Source: Thermoplasmata archaeon | Lineage (GTDB): Archaea; Thermoplasmatota; Thermoplasmata; Halarchaeoplasmatales; Halarchaeoplasmataceae | Assembly (NCBI GenBank): GCA_003552585.1 | Contig: PUNK01000015.1 | Coordinates: 12,513 to 76,512, forward strand | Direction of reading: 5' to 3' | DNA: 64,000 nucleotides | Shown: piece by piece, positions 10,521 to 19,296 of the stretch | How the letters are laid out: every line of letters begins with the position of its first letter | Numbering within the stretch: the stretch's first letter is position 1 | Made by a program: the position numbers and the translations under genes | Notes under the pieces: generated by a model | What the model saw: only the letters and a program-made list of their open reading frames with translations | Told to the model about the DNA's origin: nothing | Database searches by the model: none

Positions 10521-11411
10521 TTACCACTCATCGGGAGAGGTATTGAAATAATCTACTCTCTCTTCTAGCACCTCACGACCTCTTATATAATGAACTGCAA
10601 GGCAGATGGTAAAGAATATGATAGCTATGCTATTTATTATTGTGGATAGCACCGATGAAATTACGGTTAGAGCATCCAAGGTCATCACTCCGTCGAAAGT
10701 GAAGGTGCCGGTGGCAACCTGGACGATCGAGGTGATAATTGAACTAAGGCCGAATATAAGAAGAAATAGAACAATGGTAAAAAGGAGTGTTTCGTTTCTT
10801 TTGGCAAACTTTTTGCTTTTTCTAAATGCATCTCCGATGCCTACACCTTCCAAAACAACTATAGGCATAGCAAACAGCCACCAGTAGCAAAATAACACTC
10901 CTGGTATAATACATAAACACGTCCCCAGGGAGACCACTAAGGTATATACAAAGGCCGTTCCCATTATCATAAGTGGATACTTTTTTATAGTGGAAAAACC
11001 AGTACTCATAGAAGTAAATCTTTTTTCAAAAGCTTCTTTCGTCATCCCGATCACTCCTCCTGCAAATAAATATTGGATTAATGATAACCCTAAGCTGGAC
11101 GGTATTAATATCAAAAAAGTATTTCTCAATATAGCAATAACCTCTGCCCCGGTTTCTATCTCCTGCTCGGTGGGGAATGTAGTCAATTGAAAAGTTAACA
11201 AGTAAAAAGCTATTCCGATGACCATCGGTATCAGCCAGAATACAAAAAAGGTATCGAAATTATTCTTGAAAACCTTAAATGCTATGGATATAGTTGTCGA
11301 TATATCGTTCTTTTCTTTTTCAGACAATAATTTACTTCCACAATAGGGACATCTCCCCGAGTAAAAAGCCCCCTCATCAAATTCACCTCGACAATTTGGA
11401 CATCTAGTCAT
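10521..11411 (-). CDS. Membrane protein with N-terminal zinc-ribbon (CPNC..CPYC) and about 6 TM helices
   Basis: MTRCPNCRGEFDEGAFYSGRCPYCG followed by hydrophobic helices. Confidence 0.4.
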   Translation of the reverse strand: MTRCPNCRGEFDEGAFYSGRCPYCGSKLLSEKEKNDISTTISIAFKVFKNNFDTFFVFWLIPMVIGIAFYLLTFQLTTFPTEQEIETGAEVIAILRNTFLILIPSSLGLSLIQYLFAGGVIGMTKEAFEKRFTSMSTGFSTIKKYPLMIMGTAFVYTLVVSLGTCLCIIPGVLFCYWWLFAMPIVVLEGVGIGDAFRKSKKFAKRNETLLFTIVLFLLIFGLSSIITSIVQVATGTFTFDGVMTLDALTVISSVLSTIINSIAIIFFTICLAVHYIRGREVLEERVDYFNTSPDEW

Positions 11412-11483
11412 GAATCCACCATAAGGGGGATGAAACGAGGAGGATAAAAGGTTTTTTCATTCCACTATAATTCTCTCAAATTT

Positions 11484-12524
11484 TCATCCTAGTTTGACAT
11501 CTACGACAACATGAAATACGTGAGGTGCATAGGATTTGATCTTTCGAACATCGATTACCTCAAAATCGGTAATTATATTCTCAGTAAGCTCTCTATCGAT
11601 TTGTGTATGGAACTCCCTATCTAAAACAATGGTGTGATAATGAATGAGCCCTTCATCTCCGATTAGTTTTAAAGCTTTTGGTAAAAATCTCCACGTGTCA
11701 TGTAGATATCCCATGACCACTCTATCCGCTATACCACATTTGTGAAAATCTCTGTTATCACCATTCCAAGGTTCCACTATATCCATAACATCGTTTAATA
11801 TTGTATTCTCTTTCAGATATCTATAAGCTGTATCATTTATCTCAAGCGAGTAGATCTTTTCAGGTTGAGAATGGACGGCCATAGGTAGGGAAAAATAACC
11901 AATACCTGCGAACATATCTACGATGGTCTCCCCTTTTTCAGGAACTTTGGCTATCCTAACTCGTTCATCTATGTTACCACTTGAAAACATCAAACAAGAG
12001 ACATCCAATTTGTATTTGACGCCGTTCTCTATATGAACTGTTTCCGTAGATCCTCCATAAATCACCCTTACTTCAGGTTCGCGACAGACTCCTTTAATAG
12101 GACCCTGATCAAGGACCGTTTTCACACCCAACACATCTGAATACGCTTTCCCTATTTTCTTTTCATGTTCTTTTAAACTGTTTGGCAATTTAAGCAATAA
12201 TACATCTCCAATTTTCTCCCACCTTCGTGGAACTTTTTCAGTTGGTATACCTTTCTTTCTAAGTATTTTAACTACATTTTCAAAGGGAGTAAGTTGCTCA
12301 TTCCTCTCAGGAAGTTCTTCCCGCCCTATCCCTCCTTCTTTAACTGGTATCAATAGATAGCCTTCTTTTTCAAGAGGGATGCGGTCGGAGTCTAAATTTC
12401 CTTCTTTTTTCAATTCTCTCATCACAATCTCCCCTTTCTCTTTCGGTACCTTTAAGACATGTCCCCTTTTCATATAATAACACAAACTCACTTTATCACA
12501 TAAATATTTTATACCTTCGAACAA
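11484..12524 (-). CDS. tRNA (guanine37-N1)-methyltransferase of the Trm5/Taw2 family
   Basis: Class I SAM methyltransferase core IVDMFAGIGYFSLPMA, with the N-terminal Trm5-type domain. A paralog lies at 31149-32129. Confidence 0.68.
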   Translation of the reverse strand: MFEGIKYLCDKVSLCYYMKRGHVLKVPKEKGEIVMRELKKEGNLDSDRIPLEKEGYLLIPVKEGGIGREELPERNEQLTPFENVVKILRKKGIPTEKVPRRWEKIGDVLLLKLPNSLKEHEKKIGKAYSDVLGVKTVLDQGPIKGVCREPEVRVIYGGSTETVHIENGVKYKLDVSCLMFSSGNIDERVRIAKVPEKGETIVDMFAGIGYFSLPMAVHSQPEKIYSLEINDTAYRYLKENTILNDVMDIVEPWNGDNRDFHKCGIADRVVMGYLHDTWRFLPKALKLIGDEGLIHYHTIVLDREFHTQIDRELTENIITDFEVIDVRKIKSYAPHVFHVVVDVKLG

Positions 12525-12536
12525 CTTGGATGAATA

Positions 12537-13319
12537 ATGAAGATAAAAGCATTTGTCCTGGCCTTTCTGGTATTAACACTATCTCTATCTTTAACTAGTG
12601 GACTTGATGAGGTGTCTGATCCGGGCAGGGTTAACAAGCTATTAGGTGATTTCACCACACCCATAATCGAACCGAGTAGTGAGGGAACACTTTCTTTCAA
12701 CTTAACAAATCCATATGAAGAGGATATGGGAAACGTAAGGGTCAGGATAGAAATTTATGCTTTTGCAACTCTAGATGAAGAAAAGGATATAACTTTGGTG
12801 GACAGCCCGCCTACCTTCGCAGCAACTGGTGAAACGTATACAAGTTTTTCACATAACGTACTTGTTCCCAATCAAGCTTACCCTCGAGAACTACGGATTA
12901 ATACCAACAGCAACACTGAAAAAGGTGTTTATTTTCTTCGATTTGAGATGGAATTTGAATACCTGGAAGAATCTTATCTGATGAGATCAAAAGGTCATTT
13001 TAGCGATGAGGATTGGGACTACGCTACCCGTAGGCCTGGTACAAGCGACGAACCCTACTATTCCGGTAGTATAAACATAACATATCTGCAAGCAGATGGC
13101 ATAATACCTGATAGCAGCTTTACAGTTAAAACACCTATACCTCGCTGGCCTCAGTTCCTACTGGGCGGTTTAGCGGCCTTTTTTGGAATCTTTGCTGTAA
13201 TGCTTTATATGCAGGAAGAGTACAATTCATTCCCTTGGCTAGAAAAGACTCTTAACAAATGGTCCGGTAAATTTCAGCAGTTGAGGCGCAGACTTGAGTA
13301 CAGGCTTCGCAAGCGTTGA
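12537..13319 (+). CDS. Secreted protein with C-terminal TM anchor, unknown function
   Basis: Signal peptide MKIKAFVLAFLVLTLSLSL and C-terminal hydrophobic helix FLLGGLAAFFGIFAVMLY. The last 81 nt overlap convergently with the GGR C-terminus. Confidence 0.35.
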   Translation: MKIKAFVLAFLVLTLSLSLTSGLDEVSDPGRVNKLLGDFTTPIIEPSSEGTLSFNLTNPYEEDMGNVRVRIEIYAFATLDEEKDITLVDSPPTFAATGETYTSFSHNVLVPNQAYPRELRINTNSNTEKGVYFLRFEMEFEYLEESYLMRSKGHFSDEDWDYATRRPGTSDEPYYSGSINITYLQADGIIPDSSFTVKTPIPRWPQFLLGGLAAFFGIFAVMLYMQEEYNSFPWLEKTLNKWSGKFQQLRRRLEYRLRKR

Positions 13320-14408
13320 AGGGTAATCGATGTCTCCTTGATCTTCGATGACCTTTTTTACCTTCTCTTTTTTCAAAATCATGAATAGATCATCTAATTG
13401 TTCGTCACTCAAATTTCTGAAGATGTTGCTAATCCACAACCCTTTGGATATCTCTGGTCCTATTTCCTCCTGCCATGCTTCGTGATATCCTTTCAAAACT
13501 TCTTTACGATTATTTTCCATTTCCAGTGCCTTTAATGCTGTACTAGCACAGTGCTTGGCTGATATCAAGCCTGTGTACAGCCCTCCTCCTGAAAGAGGCT
13601 TGACTTGGCAGGCTGCATCACCAACCAGCATTAATCCCTCATCGATGGATCGATTTACCCTTCCCAGGGGAATCATCCCGGCGAATATTGAAATAACTTT
13701 ACGTTCCCATCCTTTCTTTTTAAGAAACTGAACAAGATAATCCATGGCATTGCCATTTCTAGATGCAAGGCCAACTATTGTTCCAGAATGATGTGGTACT
13801 TCCCATCCAAAAAACCCAGGAGCTATATTTTTCCCTAAATGTATATGGATGCCGTCTGGTTCTTTACCTATCAGTGTTTGGATACCAACAAGGCACTCAC
13901 GGGGGCCAGGTATCTTTGCATTCCTTCTAATAACTGAACCAGCACCGTCTGCAGCTATCAAAAGATCGCATTTTAAAATCTTCCTTTTGCCTTCCTCTTT
14001 ATAATAAACAATTCTTTGTCTTCCATCCCATGAAGAGCCTTGGACACTGCAGCCTAAATTTACCTCCGCTCCTTTCTCGATGGCTTATTGAGCCATTTCC
14101 CTATCAAATTTTTTTCTGTCAATGATCGCGGCCCTAACCTCTCCAGCATCCAAAAAAAGTGGTTCACCAGTGGGAGGATGAATTCTTGCGCTTTTTGCAA
14201 GAGATATTACACTGTCTGTCCTCGTAATATCTATAACCCTCGGACTAACAAGGCCAGCACAGTGCATTGGCTGACCTATTGCACTATGCTCCTCGAGGAC
14301 TAGGGTTTGATACCCTTTTTCAGCGACATCGGCTGCTACGCTCATCCCAATTGGTCCGCCTCCAACGACTATCACATTGTACAATTTATCGGCTTTTGAA
14401 AGTTGCAC
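13239..14408 (-). pseudogene. Geranylgeranyl reductase (digeranylgeranylglycerophospholipid reductase family) interrupted by an in-frame TAA at 14085-14087
   Basis: The upstream ORF (14085-14408) has the FAD-binding N-terminus YNVIVVGGGPIGMSVAADVAEKG. The downstream ORF (13239-13961) begins IAADGAGSVIRR and carries the GGR C-terminal motifs. The 123-nt gap is in the same frame and translates AIEKGAEVNLGCSVQGSSWDGRQ..., aligning with ...LAEKAVEAGAE... of known GGRs. Confidence 0.7.
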
Positions 14409-14520
14409 ACATTATTAAGGTTAACCCAAGATCTCATCGAAAATTATAACTTGCTGCTCAAATTTCCAAAATTCGTTTTCGAAGAGTTTATAAACCCAAT
14501 GATGCTTTAACCACTTAAGC

Positions 14521-14530
14521 TATTTAAAGG
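14521..14530 (+). promoter_or_regulatory. TATA box (TATTTAAAGG) for tbp. It lies about 20-30 bp upstream of the GTG/ATG, implying a leaderless or near-leaderless mRNA.
   Basis: Seen in sequence: gcTATTTAAAGGactgtgaagatgtggtaaacATG. An A/T-rich archaeal TATA at the correct distance. Confidence 0.4.
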
Positions 14531-14541
14531 ACTGTGAAGAT

Positions 14542-15099
14542 GTGGTAAACATGGAGAATTTAAAGATAGAGAACGTTGTGGCATCAGCTTCTATGGATAC
14601 GAAACTTGATCTTGAAGAAGCCTCGCGTGTTTTAGATGGTTCCGAATACGACCCTGAGAAATTTCCTGGTTTAGTTTTTAGGATCAAAAAACCAAAAACT
14701 GCTATTCTTCTTTTTACCAGTGGCAAAGTTGTCTGTACAGGAGGAAAGACTGTTGAAGAGGCTACCCAAAGCGTGAACACTGTAAAAAAGCTTCTCAACG
14801 AAAACGGTATTGAAACGACTTCGGAAGTGGAGGTCAAGGTTCAAAATATTGTCGCGTCTTACGGTCTAGGAGAGGATCTAAACCTAAACTCTGTTGCCAT
14901 AACTCTTGGACTGGAGAGGGTAGAATATGAACCAGAGCAGTTTCCTGGACTGGTATATAGATTGATAGATTCGGATGTGGTTCTATTACTGTTCGGTTCG
15001 GGTAACATGGTCTGTACCGGAGCTAAAGATCTTAATGATTTGGAGTCTGCGATTGATCACATAAAAGGTGAATTAAGAGGAGCGGGGTTGATCCATTAG
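14542..15099 (+). CDS. tbp: TATA-box binding protein
   Basis: Two direct repeats with NVVASASMD..FPGLVFRIKKPK..LLFTSGKVVCTGGK and NIVASYGL..FPGLVYRL..VLLLFGSGNMVCTGAK. Confidence 0.93.
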   Translation: MVNMENLKIENVVASASMDTKLDLEEASRVLDGSEYDPEKFPGLVFRIKKPKTAILLFTSGKVVCTGGKTVEEATQSVNTVKKLLNENGIETTSEVEVKVQNIVASYGLGEDLNLNSVAITLGLERVEYEPEQFPGLVYRLIDSDVVLLLFGSGNMVCTGAKDLNDLESAIDHIKGELRGAGLIH

Positions 15100-15124
15100 A
15101 GAATATCCTATTTTCGATGCTCAT

Positions 15125-15940
15125 GTGCATCTACAAGAAAAAGGAGAGAACGTAGAGGCTGTAAAAAAATTTGAGCGTTCAGGAGGGACTCACCTAATTT
15201 TGGTCCATCTACCTTATCACGATCTCAGAAAGTGGGATATTAATGGTTATGAACCAGCTTACAAACGAACACTTTCTTTGGCTGAGCGAGTTAGAAAGGA
15301 AACATCCATAGAGGTGCATGTAGCTTTAGGTCCTTATCCAGTTGATCTGATAAATTTAGTGAAAAAAGTATCCCTAGAAGAGGCTGAGAAGATAATGCAA
15401 AAAGGGATGGAATTGGCTGCTGATTATGTTGAAAAAGGTGAGGCTGTGGCTATTGGAGAAATCGGGCGCCCTCATTTTGAAGTATCTGAGGAGATTTTAG
15501 AGGTGTCCAATCGTATTATGCAGTATGGAATGGAAATCGCAGCAGAGATAGATTGTCCAGTGATCCTTCACACTGAAAGCACTAATCCATCGATTTGTGA
15601 GGAAATCGGACATATGGCAGATGATGCCGGGATTTCTAGAGAAAAGGTGATCAAACATTATGCTCCACCGCTGGTCCTCATAGAAGAAAATCATGGTCTT
15701 TTCCCATCAATTTTGGCTAGCGAGAAGAACATCAGAGAAGCACTTCAAAAGAGTACACGATTTATGATGGAAACAGACTTCTTAGATGATCCTAATAGAC
15801 CTGGTGCGGTACTCGGTATAAAGACGGTCGCCAAACGAACAAAAAAATTTGAAGAAAAAGGGCTACTAGATGATGAATCTATTTGGAAGATCCATAAAGA
15901 ATATCCCGAAAAGATTTATGACATAGAGGTTGAATTATAG
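15125..15940 (+). CDS. TatD-family metal-dependent hydrolase (TIM barrel). The true start is probably upstream near 15110.
   Basis: The conserved N-terminal PIFDAHVHL (HxH metal-binding motif) is encoded at 15107-15130. The track GTG start falls inside it. Confidence 0.6.
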   Translation: MHLQEKGENVEAVKKFERSGGTHLILVHLPYHDLRKWDINGYEPAYKRTLSLAERVRKETSIEVHVALGPYPVDLINLVKKVSLEEAEKIMQKGMELAADYVEKGEAVAIGEIGRPHFEVSEEILEVSNRIMQYGMEIAAEIDCPVILHTESTNPSICEEIGHMADDAGISREKVIKHYAPPLVLIEENHGLFPSILASEKNIREALQKSTRFMMETDFLDDPNRPGAVLGIKTVAKRTKKFEEKGLLDDESIWKIHKEYPEKIYDIEVEL

Positions 15941-16064
15941 GGTTTCCTTAATTTTTTCTATGAGCTCAGAGAAACAGGTCTTGCATATAGCCCTGTCGCC
16001 TATTTTTGTGTGATCTTTTGTCCATGTGCCACAAAAGTGACATCTGTCCGAATCTAACGCCATG
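15936..16064 (-). CDS. Small (42 aa) zinc-ribbon protein, not in the ORF track. Coordinates are approximate to within 1-2 nt.
   Basis: Manual translation: MALDSDRCHFCGTWTKDHTKIGDRAICKTCFSELIEKIKETL. Two CxxC pairs. It sits in the 158-bp convergent spacer. Confidence 0.35.
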
Positions 16065-16098
16065 TTTGCACCTCTTGAAGTAATATATGTTGATGTGT

Positions 16099-16662
16099 TT
16101 AAATTTTTCTTTGAATTTCGTATATCCGTTTTAACCTTCTTCTATAATTCTTCAACTGATATTCAACTTCTGTTCTAACCGACCAACTTTCACACCCTTC
16201 GTTAGTCCGGTAAAGAAACGTCTCAATTAAGTTGACTATAATTATGGCCAGTGCAAAAAGCAAGATCACCAAGGGTATCAAAGATTGATCTAATTGATAC
16301 TCGCTCATGCTGAAGGGGTAGTAAAGGTAAATACTCGTATCGGGATAAAAAGTATCCATTAATAGATGGCTAAAGGACATTAATACAATGACCAAAGAAG
16401 TACGAGTAAGTATACTCTTATCTTTATTTTTTTCGTAGAGATATGCACAAAAAAGGATTAATACTGGTACATACAACATGGCTATACCATTATGAAATAT
16501 TCTTGTCTCAAAAAGGGTTCGATGGTATAGGTATATATCAATATCTAAAATCCCATTCACGGCTACTGCAAGAAAAATGATCATGATATATTTATATCTC
16601 GAGTGAAGACCTACAGCCACACCAATTGTTATTGAAACTAGTAAGTGGTAAACAGGATGCAT
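16099..16662 (-). CDS. Membrane-bound metal-dependent hydrolase (DUF457-like)
   Basis: N-terminal MHPVYHLLVSITIGVAVGL with His-rich TM helices, typical of the DUF457/YdjM family. Confidence 0.45.
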   Translation of the reverse strand: MHPVYHLLVSITIGVAVGLHSRYKYIMIIFLAVAVNGILDIDIYLYHRTLFETRIFHNGIAMLYVPVLILFCAYLYEKNKDKSILTRTSLVIVLMSFSHLLMDTFYPDTSIYLYYPFSMSEYQLDQSLIPLVILLFALAIIIVNLIETFLYRTNEGCESWSVRTEVEYQLKNYRRRLKRIYEIQRKI

Positions 16663-16723
16663 TACTATCTAAATACCAAGCAGGGCTAATTAGACTTTTT
16701 CACTTTTATCATATTGTTTGTAG

Positions 16724-17566
16724 TTATTGTGAGACCATGGTTGCTAACATTGTACAGGCCCTGAAGAGTTTGTAATTGGTCTCATAATCTCCAGTATCAA
16801 TCACAAATTCTTTCGGTCCCTTTCTATCAACTTCAGGCAGCAATTCCAAGTTATCCAGCTTTCCAGCATCTTTGAAACGCACGTTGAATTTGGTATTATC
16901 GGGTTTCAATACCTTCCCTCTCCTTCTTTCAATTGCTTCTTTCACATTCTCTCTTATCTCTTTACGGACTACAGAGGGATGTCGACATCTAGCACTGTAC
17001 CTACCTGTAGGTTCTTTTGTTATCACATGAGGTATCCCTGGATAGAGTTCTTGCGCTTCTCTTACTGCCTCTCTATCTCCCGATATGAAAAATACAGGTA
17101 CTCTGTACTGGCCAGCGAGGTAGGAATTCATGGCAAATTCACTTGCCTCTCTACCGCCAATTTCTAGACGATCCACTACTCTTCCAAAATAAGTATGGGC
17201 CAGGGTGCCAAAGCTATGTGATGAGCTGTGATAACCGATGTATCCTACACCCTCTATATCACGTGAAAGCCCTTCCATCTGCGATAAAAGCTTCGGTCTG
17301 CCATAGAAGACCTCGATACGTTCATCTAGATCATCCAACTTAAGGTTCCTCATCTTCCCGTGACCATCCGTCACAAAAACCTTACTTACTCCTGTGTCGA
17401 AAGCACCCAAAGCAGCAGAATTTGCTTCTTTTGTCATCCATTCACGAGCTTCATCATATTCTTTAGAATCCATGGAGCCGTGCTTAACAGATACGACCCC
17501 AGCAATACCTTCTATATCCACTGAAAATAGGTAAGTCATGTGATCACTATAGATAATATGACACAA
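16724..17566 (-). CDS. dppA: D-aminopeptidase DppA (peptidase M55)
   Basis: MTYLFSVDIEGIAGV..EANSAALGAFDTGVSKVFVTDGHG..GYIGYHSSSHS..AGQYRVPVFFISGDREAVREAQEL matches Bacillus DppA throughout. The likely start is the internal MTYLF. Confidence 0.8.
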   Translation of the reverse strand: MCHIIYSDHMTYLFSVDIEGIAGVVSVKHGSMDSKEYDEAREWMTKEANSAALGAFDTGVSKVFVTDGHGKMRNLKLDDLDERIEVFYGRPKLLSQMEGLSRDIEGVGYIGYHSSSHSFGTLAHTYFGRVVDRLEIGGREASEFAMNSYLAGQYRVPVFFISGDREAVREAQELYPGIPHVITKEPTGRYSARCRHPSVVRKEIRENVKEAIERRRGKVLKPDNTKFNVRFKDAGKLDNLELLPEVDRKGPKEFVIDTGDYETNYKLFRACTMLATMVSQ

Positions 17567-17597
17567 TTTATAAAAATCTTTCGTTAAAGTTTTTTGA

Positions 17598-18074
17598 ATG
17601 AAAAATTTATTAAACTCTAATAGTCAATATACATCTATGCCAATCAGTAATTTTGAGTTGAAGTCGATCGACGCTGAAAGATTCACCGAAAAAGGTAAAA
17701 GAATGAAAAATATTCGTGTAGACCATAACAGCTCGGTGACTAAGATGAAACAGATAGATGATTCTACATGTCTAATAGGTTTTCGATTCACTGCTAATTA
17801 TAAGGGGATGGGAAGGATTGAAATCGAAGGTCAACTTATCTACAAAGGAGAACACTCCGATCTGGCCTCAAAATGGCAAAAAAATAATAAGATGCCTTCC
17901 GATGTCGCTAACCAGGTACATTCTACAATCATATCAAATTGCATACCCGAGGCTGTCTTCATCGCTAGAGAACTTCAACTTCCTCCACCTATACCTTTAC
18001 CTAAAGTAAAAATACCCGATAAAGATGGTGGAGGAAAGAAAAAGATAAGAAAAGGTGGAATGGAAGTGGCGTGA
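17598..18074 (+). CDS. Hypothetical protein with Pro/Lys-rich C-terminus
   Basis: ORF only. No recognised motif. Confidence 0.3.
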   Translation: MKNLLNSNSQYTSMPISNFELKSIDAERFTEKGKRMKNIRVDHNSSVTKMKQIDDSTCLIGFRFTANYKGMGRIEIEGQLIYKGEHSDLASKWQKNNKMPSDVANQVHSTIISNCIPEAVFIARELQLPPPIPLPKVKIPDKDGGGKKKIRKGGMEVA

Positions 18075-18080
18075 GAGGCC

Positions 18081-18641
18081 ATGGAATACAGGGAGGGGAT
18101 ACTAGTATCTGAAGGGGGCTGGGTAAATGCTGCAGCTATAGGTGCAGAAATATCTGAAAAACATATTTTTTTTGCCATATATCGGCCTTCAGATACCGCA
18201 GCAAATCTGGAAGAAAATATGAGATTTACCTTTTCCCTTACAGATGATCCCTGGCTTTTTTATAAAGCTGCACTGACTGGGCATAACACCCCGTTTCCCG
18301 AGCTCTCAGAGGATGAATTAAAAGGATGTCCCCCATTCATATATCCCTCAAAAGCTACTTGCATCTACTTTTGCAGAGTTAATAAGATATCTCGAGAAAG
18401 GAAAAAGGACGAGTACGGTCTGGCAAGTTTATACAAAGTGACCGCGGATATACTTGAAAAACGGGGAGAAGAAAATTATATCGGTCGTGATAACCCTCTT
18501 GTAGATGCCATGGTTTATGCTAGTAGATATCATATAGCGAATAAAAGACAAAAAGATATTATCCGAAATAAAATTGGCCAGATACTTGAAGGAATTGACG
18601 ATCGACTAGCAGATAAGGTGAAAATATATGTCGACCTCTAA
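18081..18641 (+). CDS. DUF447-family protein (split-barrel, FMN-binding-like)
   Basis: N-terminus MEYREGILVSEGGWVNAAAIGAEI...SDTAANLEEN resembles DUF447. Confidence 0.45.
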   Translation: MEYREGILVSEGGWVNAAAIGAEISEKHIFFAIYRPSDTAANLEENMRFTFSLTDDPWLFYKAALTGHNTPFPELSEDELKGCPPFIYPSKATCIYFCRVNKISRERKKDEYGLASLYKVTADILEKRGEENYIGRDNPLVDAMVYASRYHIANKRQKDIIRNKIGQILEGIDDRLADKVKIYVDL

Positions 18642-19296
18642 ATTCGACCTGCACGTGCACAGTGAATTCTCAGATGACTCATCATCACCTGTTAAAGAAA
18701 TAATAAAACTTGCAAAGATCAAAGGGTTGAGAGGACTGGCATTTTTAGACCACAACACTTTACAAGGATACTACAAAGCAAGAGAGTATACAACCGACCT
18801 AATATTAGTTCCGGCATTGGAAGTGAGCACACCGTATGGACACGTAGGTGCTTTAGGGATACAGGAAGAGATAGGTCGTTTTGATACCGTACTTGAAGCA
18901 GTTGAATCAATAAATGAACATGGAGGGATCGCTATCGCAGTCCACCCTTATCGTATCTGGTCTGGTATAGGTTCCAAAATCGTCAAAGAAACAAAGGGTT
19001 GGACTGCTATAGAAGGTCTTAACGGAAGAAACAGATTCGGAACGAACAAAAAAGCCCAAAAACTAGCACGACATATAGATCTACCTGTAACTGGTGGTAG
19101 CGATGCCCATGATCTAGACGAAGTCGGTAAAGCTTACACTCTTATTGAAGATGTAAGTAGTTGGGAAGATCTGATATCCGAGATAAAGAATGGAAATATA
19201 GGCATAGATGGACAACACCAGACGATAGGTGAAAACATAAAGTATGCACTAAAATCAGTATCTGAGTGGGTAACAAGGGGATTTAAGAGGATGTGA
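18628..19296 (+). CDS. PHP-domain metal-dependent phosphoesterase
   Basis: DLHVHSEFSDDSS ... GGSDAHDLDEVG are PHP His/Asp motifs. Overlaps the upstream gene by 14 nt. Confidence 0.7.
   Translation: MSTSKFDLHVHSEFSDDSSSPVKEIIKLAKIKGLRGLAFLDHNTLQGYYKAREYTTDLILVPALEVSTPYGHVGALGIQEEIGRFDTVLEAVESINEHGGIAIAVHPYRIWSGIGSKIVKETKGWTAIEGLNGRNRFGTNKKAQKLARHIDLPVTGGSDAHDLDEVGKAYTLIEDVSSWEDLISEIKNGNIGIDGQHQTIGENIKYALKSVSEWVTRGFKRM

Noticed and set aside
17598-18641. ORFs 17598-18074 and 18081-18641 are in the same frame and separated only by a TGA plus two codons. This was considered as a third interrupted gene or a selenocysteine/read-through site.
   Set aside because: The downstream ORF is a complete DUF447 protein with its own Met and a typical family N-terminus. 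The upstream protein is unrelated and Pro/Lys-rich. Same-frame adjacency is expected by chance one time in three.
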